Assembly (NCBI GenBank): GCA_039745115.1 | Contig: JBCJRT010000004.1 | Span: 33,368-97,367, forward strand | Direction of reading: 5' to 3' | Source: Solirubrobacteraceae bacterium | GTDB taxonomy: Bacteria; Actinomycetota; Thermoleophilia; Solirubrobacterales; Solirubrobacteraceae | Length of the DNA: 64,000 bases | Part shown: positions 1 through 8,095 of the stretch, in pieces | How positions within the stretch are numbered: the first letter of the stretch is position 1 | Layout: the number at the start of each line of letters is the position of its first letter | Translations under genes and position numbers: made by a program | The notes under the pieces: generated by a model | What the model was told of the DNA's origin: nothing | What the model saw: only the letters and a program-made list of their open reading frames with translations | Database searches by the model: none

Positions 1-1
1 C

Positions 2-517
2 GTTCTGCTGATCGACGAGATCGACAAGACCGACCAGGAGTTCGAGGCGATGCTGCTGGAACTGCTGTCGGACTTCCAGATCTCAATCCCCGAGCTTGGC
101 CGGATCGAGGCCAGCACGATGCCACTGGTGCTGCTGACCTCAAACAACTCGCGTGAGCTGACCGAGGCGCTGAAGCGCCGCTGCCTGTACCTGTGGATCG
201 ATTACCCGTCGCTGGAGCACGAGCTGGAAATCGTTCGGCTGCACGCGCCCGAGCTTGACGCCAAGATCGCGCGGCGGCTGGTCGAGATCATCGCGATGGT
301 GCGCGAGCTTGACCTGAAGAAGCCGCCGTCGATCGCCGAGTCGATCGACTGGGCGCGGGCTCTGCTGCTGCTCGGCGCCAACGACATCGACAGTAAGACC
401 TTCAACGACACGATGTCGATCATCGTCAAGCACCGCACCGATATCGACATCGTCGCCGAGCGCGTTGGCGTGAAGCTCGACGCCACAGGGGACGGCGTCG
501 GTGCCGCCAGCTCCTGA
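2..517 (+). CDS. MoxR/CoxD-type AAA+ ATPase, C-terminal part (5' end outside window)
   Basis: The frame is open from the window edge. The translation VLLIDEIDKTDQEFEAMLLELL...PLVLLTSNNSRELTEALKRRCLYLWIDYP matches the Walker-B (DEID) to C-terminal lid region of MoxR-type ATPases. Stop at 515-517. Confidence 0.8.
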   Translation, partial: VLLIDEIDKTDQEFEAMLLELLSDFQISIPELGRIEASTMPLVLLTSNNSRELTEALKRRCLYLWIDYPSLEHELEIVRLHAPELDAKIARRLVEIIAMVRELDLKKPPSIAESIDWARALLLLGANDIDSKTFNDTMSIIVKHRTDIDIVAERVGVKLDATGDGVGAASS

Positions 518-1952
518 CAAGCGAATCTCGCGCGACGCGTCGCGGCGCGCGGCGCTCTTCTCCGAGCCGCTGGCCAACCCGGCCGACGCCGGCCTGACGG
601 CGCACCTGATCGAGTTCGGCGACGAACTGCGCGGCGAAGGCGTCAAGGTTGGCACCAGCGAGCTGCTCGACGCGCTAGGCGCGCTGCCTGAGGTTTCATG
701 GAGCGAGCCGGTCGCCTTCCGCGAAACGCTGGCAACGACGCTCGCCAAGTCGCCTGAGGATCGCGCAATCTTCGACCTCGTCTTCGAACGATTCTTCTTT
801 CGCGCGACCGAGCTTGCTGCGCTGACCAGCGGTATCGGTGAAGCAGGCGACGGGAAGCGCCAGTCGGCCAGCGAGGTTGACGTCGAAACGCTGCGCGAAC
901 AGATAGCCCGCGCGATCGCGGCCGGCGATGAGGGTGCGCTTCGCGACCTTGCCCGCCTTGCGATAGCGGCCTTCTCGCAGCCGGGCGAAGGCTCCGGCGT
1001 GCTAGGCGTCGATGTGCAGCGAATCCGCCGCTCGCTCGAGCTGCGGACCGACCCCCAGCCTGACCTGCCGAGCGACGATCCTCGTTCCGATGGGCTGCCG
1101 CGTGACGGAATTCGCCGCTTTGAGCAGCTGCTGCGCCAAGAGCTGGAGCGCCGCCAGGTCGAGCGGACCGCAGCGCTGCCGGCGGCGCGGCCGCTGCACG
1201 AGCTGGACCGCGCGCTGCCGACCGGCCCGCTGGCGGACCTCGCCAGCGTCCACCGCGTCGTAACGCAGCTCAAACGGCGCCTGAAGACGCAAGGCCAGGA
1301 ACACCGCGGCCACCGTCGCCACGCTCAGGTCGACATTCGCCGCACGATGCGCGCCTCGCTGCAGACCGGCGGCGTACCGATCACGCTGCGCTACCGGCCG
1401 GTCCGCCCGCGCCGGCCGGAGCTGTTTGTGATCTGCGATGTCTCTACCAGCGTCACCAGTGCATCGGTCTTCTTCCTTTCGGTGATGCACGCACTGCACG
1501 ACTCGTTCCGCAAGATGCGCTCGTTCGTCTTTATCGAACGGGTCAGCGAGGTGACCGAAGTCTTCCAGCGCGAGCGCGACTTCAAGGCCATTAGCGAAGC
1601 GATCGCCCGAGACGCAGGCGTCGCCGACATCTCTGGCTACACCGACTACGGCCGCGTCTGGGGCGAGCTGCTCGACCAGATTCAGGACGAACTGCATCCG
1701 CGCTCCACGGTGATCGTGCTCGGCGACGCGCGCACCAACGGCCGTGCCCCGCACGTCGATCGCTTTGCTCAGCTGGCGGCGCGCGCTGGCCGCACCTACT
1801 GGCTTAACCCTGAACCGCGCCTGTACTGGAACTACGGCGACTCAGTGATCGACTCCTACGCCAAACATTGCGAGGCCTACGAGTGCTGGACGACGGCGCA
1901 GCTGGAGAACTTTGTCAAGGTGCTGACGGCGCCAGAAGCTACGCGGCCGTAA
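501..1952 (+). CDS. VWA domain protein, CoxE-like partner of the MoxR ATPase
   Basis: 483 codons. The GTG start overlaps the ATPase stop by 17 nt. The C-terminal half has a MIDAS-like block (ELFVICDVSTSVTS, VIVLGDARTNG) and the YWLNPEP motif that I associate with CoxE-type VWA proteins. Confidence 0.75.
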   Translation: MPPAPDKRISRDASRRAALFSEPLANPADAGLTAHLIEFGDELRGEGVKVGTSELLDALGALPEVSWSEPVAFRETLATTLAKSPEDRAIFDLVFERFFFRATELAALTSGIGEAGDGKRQSASEVDVETLREQIARAIAAGDEGALRDLARLAIAAFSQPGEGSGVLGVDVQRIRRSLELRTDPQPDLPSDDPRSDGLPRDGIRRFEQLLRQELERRQVERTAALPAARPLHELDRALPTGPLADLASVHRVVTQLKRRLKTQGQEHRGHRRHAQVDIRRTMRASLQTGGVPITLRYRPVRPRRPELFVICDVSTSVTSASVFFLSVMHALHDSFRKMRSFVFIERVSEVTEVFQRERDFKAISEAIARDAGVADISGYTDYGRVWGELLDQIQDELHPRSTVIVLGDARTNGRAPHVDRFAQLAARAGRTYWLNPEPRLYWNYGDSVIDSYAKHCEAYECWTTAQLENFVKVLTAPEATRP

Positions 1953-3468
1953 CGGCGACACCGGCGCGCTCGCGGCTGCTTGAAAACTCCAGTGCGCCGT
2001 CTGCCGTGACGTCAGCACTGAAGTCGATCTGATCCTGCGCGTAATCGCTGCACAGCGCCCAAGGCGCCTGCGTGCCCTGACGCGGGAACTGCCCGAGAGC
2101 CCGCTGGACATAACCGGCGCTGAGCTTCAGCAGCGGCAGCGTCTCCATCGCAGGGTCGTAATTCGCTGGCACGCAGCGGTCGTAACCGCAGCGATCCATG
2201 TAGGCGACCAGCCGGCAGAAGTAATCGCAGACAAGGTCAACCTTCAGCGTCCACGATAAGTTGCTGTAGCCAACCGCGAAGGCGAAGTTCGGCACATCGC
2301 TGAGCATCGCGCCGCGGTAGGCGATTGTCTGCGGCAGCGAGACCGGCTGGCCGTCGACGATCAGGTCGATGCCGCCAAAGGCCATCATCTCGAGGCCCGT
2401 CGCCGTCACAATGATCTCTGCATCGAGGTGCTCGCCCGATGCCAATTCGATGCCATCTTCGGTGAAGCTGGCGATCTGATCGGTGACGACCGAGGCCGTG
2501 CCGTTGGAAAGAACCTTAAAAAGGTCGCCGTTGGGTACCGCGCAGAGACGCTGATCCCACGGGTCGTAGCTGGGCGAGAAGTGGGTAGCGACGTCATACC
2601 CCTCAGGCAGTTGGCGCTTCAGGCTCCAGAGGATCAGCCGCTTTACGAGCCGCGGCCGCGACCGGCAGACGCGGTAGGTCGTCTGCTGAAGCCAGACATT
2701 CTTACGACGCGTCAACGAGTAGGCACGCTGCTCGCTGACAAACCGCTTCAGCAGCTTGGCGAGCGGGTCTATGCGCGGCACGCTGACGACATAGGTCGGT
2801 GAACGCTGCAGCATCGTGACGTGCTCAGCGCTGGCTGCGATTGCCGGGATCAGCGTTATGGCCGTCGCGCCGCTGCCAATCACGACGACGCGCTTGTCGG
2901 CGTAGTCCAGGTCCTCCGGCCAAGCCTGCGGATCGACTACCGCCCCTTTGAAACGATCGATGCCGGGAAAGTCAGGCTCGTAGCCGCGGTCGTAACGGAA
3001 GTAGCCGGCGGCGCTGAAAAGCCAGCGGCAGGTGATTGGCGCCGCGGCGCTGGAAAAGGCCTGCTCGGACTCAACCTGCCATAGGCCCTGCTCACTCGAC
3101 CATTCGGCGCGCGTCACGCGCCGACCAAAGCGGATCCGGCCGTCAACGTCATGCTCGCTGGCGGTCTCACGAATGTAATCGAGGATCGTGTCGCCGCCGG
3201 CAATCGCATGCGGGTCGGTCCACGGCTTGAAGGCGTAGGCGAATGTGTAGAGGTCGGAATCGGAGCGCAGCCCCGGGTAGCGGAACAGATCCCACGTACC
3301 GCCGACGCTGTCGCGGGCCTCGAGGATCGCGTAGCTCTTGTCAGGGAACGACTTGTGGAAGTGGCAGGCCGCCGCGATGCCGGACAGGCCGGCGCCGATA
3401 ATCAGCAGCTCGACATGTTCAACAGATTCGCCTGAGCGGCGTGCGGACTGGCTTATCGACAGGCTCAC
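1939..3468 (-). CDS. Class-B flavin monooxygenase (EthA/Baeyer-Villiger-like)
   Basis: 509 codons with a GTG start preceded by GGTGAGGA. Two dinucleotide-binding motifs (LLIIGAGLSG, VVVIGSGATA), plus GGTWDLFRYPG and the fingerprint-like FKGAVVDPQAWPED. Confidence 0.8.
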   Translation of the reverse strand: MSLSISQSARRSGESVEHVELLIIGAGLSGIAAACHFHKSFPDKSYAILEARDSVGGTWDLFRYPGLRSDSDLYTFAYAFKPWTDPHAIAGGDTILDYIRETASEHDVDGRIRFGRRVTRAEWSSEQGLWQVESEQAFSSAAAPITCRWLFSAAGYFRYDRGYEPDFPGIDRFKGAVVDPQAWPEDLDYADKRVVVIGSGATAITLIPAIAASAEHVTMLQRSPTYVVSVPRIDPLAKLLKRFVSEQRAYSLTRRKNVWLQQTTYRVCRSRPRLVKRLILWSLKRQLPEGYDVATHFSPSYDPWDQRLCAVPNGDLFKVLSNGTASVVTDQIASFTEDGIELASGEHLDAEIIVTATGLEMMAFGGIDLIVDGQPVSLPQTIAYRGAMLSDVPNFAFAVGYSNLSWTLKVDLVCDYFCRLVAYMDRCGYDRCVPANYDPAMETLPLLKLSAGYVQRALGQFPRQGTQAPWALCSDYAQDQIDFSADVTADGALEFSSSRERAGVAVTAA

Positions 3469-3500
3469 TGGTCCTCACCCTAGCTCGGGAACGACAACGA

Positions 3501-3561
3501 GCCGCCCGAAGGCGACCCGTTGCAAAGACTCCGTTTGCGGCGCTAAGGCCGCGCGGGCCTT
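3501..3561 (-). terminator. Candidate csp terminator (two stem-loops, no clear U-tract)
   Basis: On the minus strand right after the csp stop: AAGGCC-CGCGC-GGCCUU (3545-3561), then GUCGCC-UUCG-GGCGGC (3501-3516). Confidence 0.3.
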
Positions 3562-3764
3562 TAGACCGGGCGCACGTCCTTCGCGCTCGGACCCTTGGGG
3601 CCCTCTTCGGAATCGAACTCCACCTTCGCACCCTCGGCGAGCGACTTGTAGCCCTCACCCATGATTGCTGAATGGTGGACGAACAGGTCCTTGCCAGGCT
3701 CGTCGGGAGTAATAAACCCGAAGCCCTTTTCATCACTAAACCACTTGACTGTTCCAGTCGCCAT
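3561..3764 (-). CDS. cspA: Cold-shock protein (CspA family)
   Basis: 67 aa. [21 protein letters not shown]...LFVHHSAI contains RNP1 (KGFGFI) and RNP2 (FVHHS). Confidence 0.95.
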   Translation of the reverse strand: MATGTVKWFSDEKGFGFITPDEPGKDLFVHHSAIMGEGYKSLAEGAKVEFDSEEGPKGPSAKDVRPV

Positions 3765-3925
3765 CGAAATAACCTCCGCGGCGTTGTGTGCTGCTTACTC
3801 GCGGAGACGCTGTGAGGCAATCGTGCGGGCGCTGGCACTTCTTTGATCGCGCAAATACGCGACTTGACTCTGCGAACGGTAGCACGGACGCCGCGCCGCG
3901 CAGAGCGCCATCGCCCGCCGTCGTT

Positions 3926-3944
3926 ACTCTCACCCCCTGAGAGT
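3926..3944 (+). promoter_or_regulatory. Hairpin covering the SD-like element of the binding-protein gene
   Basis: ACTCTCA-CCCCC-TGAGAGT forms a perfect 7-bp stem with a 5-nt loop. The 3' arm holds the only purine-rich SD-like element (GAGAG, 3939-3943), 5 nt before the ATG at 3949. Confidence 0.25.
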
Positions 3945-3948
3945 CCTA

Positions 3949-4968
3949 ATGATCAGAAGCTCCCTCACATTTGCGGCGCTTGCCGCGACGCTCACTCTGA
4001 CCGCCTGCGGCGCCAAGCAGGACAACTCTTCGGCGCCTGCGATGCGGAGCGTCACGCTGATGCTCGACTACACGCCAAACGCCGATCACGTCGGCATCTA
4101 CACGGCGCTGGCGCAGGGAGAATTCCGCAAGGTCGGATTGAACGTGCAGATCAAAACGCCGCCGCGGCCTTCGGCGCCGCTGCAGGCGCTGGCGGCCGGC
4201 GACGCCGACCTCGTGATCTCGCACGAGCCGGAGCTACTTATCGCGCGCGATAAGGGCGCCGCTGTGCTGTCGGTCGGCGCGATTGCTCAGCGGCCACTGA
4301 CCTCGCTGATCAGCGTCAATGACAAGCCGGTCGACCCGCGCAAGCTCGAAGGGACCAAGATCGGCACTGCAGGGTTGCCCTTCCAGGACGCCCTGCTCGA
4401 CCAGCTGATGTCGGCTGCCGGTGTTGACACCAGCAAGGTCAAGAAGGTCGATGTTGGCTTCGACCTGATCGGCGCGATGCTGTCAAAGCGGGTGGCCGCA
4501 ACGCTCGGCGCCTTCTGGAACATCGAGGGTGTTCAACTGCGTCAGCAGAAGCACCGCCCGCGGATGATGCCGGTTGATCGCGCCGGCGTGCCGCCTTACG
4601 ACGAGCTGGTGCTGGTCGCCCGCAACGAAACCGTCTCGCGCAATGGGGCAATGATTCGCCGCTTCATCGGTGCGCTGCAGCGCGGCACGCGGACCGCGCG
4701 GGCCAACCCGCAGACGGGCGTCGCAGCGCTACGAGCGGCCAATCCGAAGCTCAGCAAGAAGCTGGCGACGGCGACGGTCGCGGCGACGTTGCCGGTGCTG
4801 TTTCCGCCCTCGCGCAGGCCGTTCGGCTGGCAGGAACCGGCCCAGTGGCAAAGCTTCGCTGACTGGATGACGCGCAACGACCTGCTGCGTGGCCCGGTCG
4901 AGACAGGGCAGGCGCTGACAAACGAGTTCCTGCCCGGCGAAGGGCTCGGCTCCGAGACCAACCCGTAA
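3949..4968 (+). CDS. ABC-type substrate-binding lipoprotein, NMT1/THI5-like
   Basis: 339 aa. Signal peptide with lipobox LTAC (Cys20). The mature part (MLDYTPNADHVGIYTA..., DLVISHEPELL) resembles nitrate/sulfonate/pyrimidine-precursor binding proteins. No permease or ATPase gene is adjacent. Confidence 0.75.
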   Translation: MIRSSLTFAALAATLTLTACGAKQDNSSAPAMRSVTLMLDYTPNADHVGIYTALAQGEFRKVGLNVQIKTPPRPSAPLQALAAGDADLVISHEPELLIARDKGAAVLSVGAIAQRPLTSLISVNDKPVDPRKLEGTKIGTAGLPFQDALLDQLMSAAGVDTSKVKKVDVGFDLIGAMLSKRVAATLGAFWNIEGVQLRQQKHRPRMMPVDRAGVPPYDELVLVARNETVSRNGAMIRRFIGALQRGTRTARANPQTGVAALRAANPKLSKKLATATVAATLPVLFPPSRRPFGWQEPAQWQSFADWMTRNDLLRGPVETGQALTNEFLPGEGLGSETNP

Positions 4969-4978
4969 GCTCCGAGAC

Positions 4979-5266
4979 CTAGCGCTGCAGCAGGTGCACG
5001 TCGACGAGGAACGAGCGCGACGCAGCGATGTTTGCTGCCCTGGATCGCTTGCCGCGGCGCGCCGCCTTACGATTGCGGCGGCGCGATACAACAACGACCG
5101 CCAACGCACCGGCAACGAACGAACCGCCGACAACAGCGGCCTGCGTCGCGACCAGCTCGGCCGGCGAGCGGCGGGCCGGCAGCGGCCGGGCTGGATCGAC
5201 GACGACTGCGTCAACCTCTTCGCTGGCGTCGGCCTGATCTGCGCTGGTGTTTGCGGTGTCGAGCAT
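4979..5266 (-). CDS. Hypothetical small single-pass membrane protein
   Basis: 95 codons from ATG 5266, 25 nt downstream of the GNAT-like gene on the same strand. Acidic head, one hydrophobic helix (VVGGSFVAGALAVVVV) and a basic tail. Third codon positions are G/C-rich. No family recognised. Confidence 0.4.
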   Translation of the reverse strand: MLDTANTSADQADASEEVDAVVVDPARPLPARRSPAELVATQAAVVGGSFVAGALAVVVVSRRRNRKAARRGKRSRAANIAASRSFLVDVHLLQR

Positions 5267-5291
5267 CGTCGCCAGAGAGCCTAGCTTCGAT

Positions 5292-6497
5292 TCAGCCTTC
5301 GTGCTCAGCTGCGCCGCGCCACGGGAATGCGTCGGCGTCGGGCAGTGATGGCTCGGCGCCCTGGTCGAGCAGCCGCTCGTAGAAGCGGTAGCGGCGCACA
5401 ACCTTGCCTCCCATCCCCTCCATCGCCCGGTTCATCGGCTTATTCGTCTCCAGAATCCAGCCTGTCTCACCGCCGGTTTGTGGTGTGCGCTCAGCCGACG
5501 CGTAATGCATCTCGTAGAGCCGCGCCGCGACCCCTGTCTGCTGATGTTCGCGCTTGACGCCGAGCGCGAAGACGCGCACACGATCAATCTTCCTGCGCGC
5601 CAGCAGGATCTTCAGCCAGCCAAACGGCAGCAGCCGACCATTCCCGGCTGCCTTGATCGCTTGATTGAAGTCCGGCAACGTCAGCGCCGCGCCAACAACC
5701 TCACCGGTGTCGCTCTTCTCAGCGATCATCGCCCAGTTCTCATCGAGCACAAACTTTAGGTCTTCAGCGTAGGCTCGCGCCTCTTTCTCGCTGAGCGGCA
5801 CGAAACCCCAGTTGCGCTCCCATGCCTCGTTGTAAACCTCGAGAAAGCGCCCCACTTCGGCCTGCAGATCCTTCTTGCGCATCGGCCGGCAGACGATTCC
5901 GTGCTCGCTCTCGACCTTGCCGGCCATCTCCCAGATCGCTGGGTGAACATCGGCGCGGCCCGAGATATCTAGCTCCCACATCAGCGTGTCCATTGCCTTG
6001 CGCATACCGCAGGCCTCTTCGAGCAGCCGCCGGTAGTAAGGGAACTGCCACTCGGTCAGAATGATCGGCTCGAGCTCGTAGCCCTCGATCAGCAGGCCGC
6101 ACTCGTCGTTGGTCGAGAAGCTCATCGGTCCGACGATCCGGTCACGGCCGCGGGCCCGGTTCCAATCGGCGGCAGCGTCGATCAGCGCCGTTGCTGCCTC
6201 GACATCATCCTCACAGTCGAAGAAGCCAAACAGCCCCCAGCGGTTGTCCTGGAAGGAGTTGAGGTTGTCGTCAACGTGGGCCGAGATGCGGCCGACGACA
6301 CGGCCGTCGCGGTAGGCAAGAAAGAATTGAACCTCGGCGTGCTCGAAGAACGGGTTGTGCTTCGAGTCGATGTGCCGGCGGCGCTCGAACCTAAGCGGCG
6401 CGACCCAGATAGGCTGGTCGGCGTAGAGGCGGTAGGGAAAGCTGAGAAAGGCGCGGCGTTCGTTGCGAGTTTCCACCGGCTTGATCTCTACGCTCAT
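5292..6497 (-). CDS. GNAT-fold N-acyltransferase-like protein, function unknown
   Basis: 401 aa. The C-terminal half has a GNAT motif-A-like block (VFALGVKREHQQTGVAARLY). The N-terminus (RRAFLSFPYRLYADQPIWVAPL) recalls a widespread uncharacterised acyltransferase-like family. Confidence 0.6.
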   Translation of the reverse strand: MSVEIKPVETRNERRAFLSFPYRLYADQPIWVAPLRFERRRHIDSKHNPFFEHAEVQFFLAYRDGRVVGRISAHVDDNLNSFQDNRWGLFGFFDCEDDVEAATALIDAAADWNRARGRDRIVGPMSFSTNDECGLLIEGYELEPIILTEWQFPYYRRLLEEACGMRKAMDTLMWELDISGRADVHPAIWEMAGKVESEHGIVCRPMRKKDLQAEVGRFLEVYNEAWERNWGFVPLSEKEARAYAEDLKFVLDENWAMIAEKSDTGEVVGAALTLPDFNQAIKAAGNGRLLPFGWLKILLARRKIDRVRVFALGVKREHQQTGVAARLYEMHYASAERTPQTGGETGWILETNKPMNRAMEGMGGKVVRRYRFYERLLDQGAEPSLPDADAFPWRGAAEHEG

Positions 6498-6504
6498 CGG
6501 CAGC

Positions 6505-6510
6505 AGCTTA
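6505..6510 (-). promoter_or_regulatory. Candidate -10 hexamer (TAAGCT) placed for a leaderless transcript of the GNAT-like gene
   Basis: TAAGCT on the minus strand ends 7 nt upstream of the ATG at 6497. There is no SD in between. Confidence 0.3.
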
Positions 6511-6511
6511 T

Positions 6512-7816
6512 ATGTCTAAAACCCAAGTTGATCTCTTCGCCAAAGTGCGCGGCCACGAACGCGAGGAACAGTTGCGCGCGGCGCGCGAGGCCGACCTGCT
6601 GCCCTACTTCCGTCTGCTCGACGGTCCGGCGCGGCCGGTCGTCACGATGGAGGGCGCCGAACGGATCATGCTCGGCTCCAACAACTACCTCGGACTGACC
6701 GGCGACGAACGGGTTATCGACGGTGCGCGGGCAGCGCTGGAGACTTACGGCACCGGCCTGACCGGATCAAGGCTGCTGAACGGCACAATCCGGCTGCACA
6801 TTGAGCTGGAGCGAGAGATCGCCGAGTGGATCGGCACCGAGGACGCGCTGGTCTTCACAACAGGCCACCAAACCAACCTCGGCACGATCGGCACGATCCT
6901 TGGACCGGGCGACACGGTGATCGCCGACTCCGGCGCCCACGCCTCAATCCTTGACGGCTGCATCCAGTCGAAGGCCAAGCTGCGGCCCTTCCGCCACAAC
7001 CGAATCGACAAACTGGAACGCGCCCTCGAGCGCGCCGCGGGCGACGGTGGCGGCATCCTCGTCGCCGTCGACGGCGTCTTCTCAATGGAGGGCGACATCG
7101 CCCCGGTCGACCAGATCGCTGAACTGTGCCGCGCCCATGGAGCTCGCCTGCTGGTAGATGACGCGCACGGCGCCGGCGTGCTCGGCGCTCGCGGCTCGGG
7201 CACGCCGGAGCTGCTTGGCGTTGAGGAGCTGGTTGACCTGCGGACCGGCACCTTCTCGAAGTCGCTGGCCTCCTGCGGCGGCTTCGTCGCAGGCAGCGCT
7301 GAGGTAATCGACTACCTGCGCGTATCGGCCCGCGCCTACCTGTTCACTGCCTCGGCCGTGCCAGCAGCGGTCGGCGCAGCGCTAGCGGCGCTACGGATTA
7401 TTCGCTCACCCGACGGGCCGCCGCTGTTCTCGGCCGTACTCGACAACGCCCGCTATCTGCGTGACGGTCTGGAGGCGCTCGGCTTTGCCGTCGTCGCACC
7501 GCAGCAGCTGAGTTCGCCAACCGCCCAGCTTGACGCGCCGGGCGTTGTTGACGGCCAGATTGTCACACCGATTGTCCCCGTCCTCGTTGGCGATGACTGG
7601 AAAGCAGTGCTGCTCTGGCGGGCGCTTTATGACGCCGGCGTTTTCGTCAATACGGCGCTCCACCCTGCAGTGCCGCCGAGCGGTGCGCTGCTGCGCACCA
7701 GCGTGATGGCAACACACGACCGGGCGACGCTCGACCGGGCACTGGCTGCCTTCGAATCGGTCAAGCTCAAGTTTGAGGCTGAGCACGGCCCGCTGCCCGG
7801 CCCCGACGCTTCCTGA
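6512..7816 (+). CDS. PLP-dependent alpha-oxoamine synthase family enzyme (AONS/KBL/serine-palmitoyltransferase-like)
   Basis: 434 aa. SNNYLGL, DDAHGAGVLG and the PLP-lysine block GTFSKSLASCGGFVAG. Substrate specificity cannot be decided by eye. Confidence 0.85.
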   Translation: MSKTQVDLFAKVRGHEREEQLRAAREADLLPYFRLLDGPARPVVTMEGAERIMLGSNNYLGLTGDERVIDGARAALETYGTGLTGSRLLNGTIRLHIELEREIAEWIGTEDALVFTTGHQTNLGTIGTILGPGDTVIADSGAHASILDGCIQSKAKLRPFRHNRIDKLERALERAAGDGGGILVAVDGVFSMEGDIAPVDQIAELCRAHGARLLVDDAHGAGVLGARGSGTPELLGVEELVDLRTGTFSKSLASCGGFVAGSAEVIDYLRVSARAYLFTASAVPAAVGAALAALRIIRSPDGPPLFSAVLDNARYLRDGLEALGFAVVAPQQLSSPTAQLDAPGVVDGQIVTPIVPVLVGDDWKAVLLWRALYDAGVFVNTALHPAVPPSGALLRTSVMATHDRATLDRALAAFESVKLKFEAEHGPLPGPDAS

Positions 7817-7882
7817 GGCGCGGTCAGTGGTTGACGACGAAGCTTTTTGTTCGCTCTGAGCGTGCGAATCGTTTACAGCTTG

Positions 7883-7912
7883 TTGACGATTCGGCATGAT
7901 CTTCCGTAGGTT
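7883..7912 (+). promoter_or_regulatory. Candidate mihF promoter
   Basis: TTGACG (7883-7888), an 18-nt spacer, then TAGGTT (7907-7912), in the lowest-GC part of the 279-nt spacer. This would give a 5' UTR of about 180 nt. Confidence 0.3.
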
Positions 7913-8095
7913 AACTCCAGCCGGCTGCTTGGCAGCGGCGGAGAAAGTAGAGAGGGAGTTGGGCGGTGGTGTAGAGGCTCCGTGAAAGATCCTTAACTCG
8001 CTCAAACAGACTTAGTGAACGCGGCTCTACGCCGCAACAAAATGATCCTGGCCAGACCGGTCAGGTACATCGCGACGACGCGCCAAGGAGAATCG

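Noticed and set aside
140-1273. A 377-aa minus-strand ORF, together with many other long ORFs in the track: 30808-31779, 31412-32404, 35012-36085, 46406-47128, 52697-53971, 60409-61620, 21886-22602 and 27049-27750.
   Set aside because: All lie antisense or out of frame within genes that have clear family signatures. Their translations are Arg/Ala/Pro/Gly-rich with no recognisable motifs. This is the usual open-frame artefact of high-GC DNA.
3925-3948. A possible TPP riboswitch upstream of the THI5/NMT1-like binding-protein gene, prompted by a CTGAGA motif.
   Set aside because: Only the CTGAGA hexamer is present, and it lies 10 nt from the ATG. The other conserved TPP-element blocks (ACCTGATCTGGATAATGCCAGCG-like) are absent from 3765-3948.
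3765-3948. A specific cold-box or promoter assignment in the cspA 5' region.
   Set aside because: A long csp 5' UTR is expected, but I could not identify a convincing -35/-10 pair or cold-box consensus by eye.
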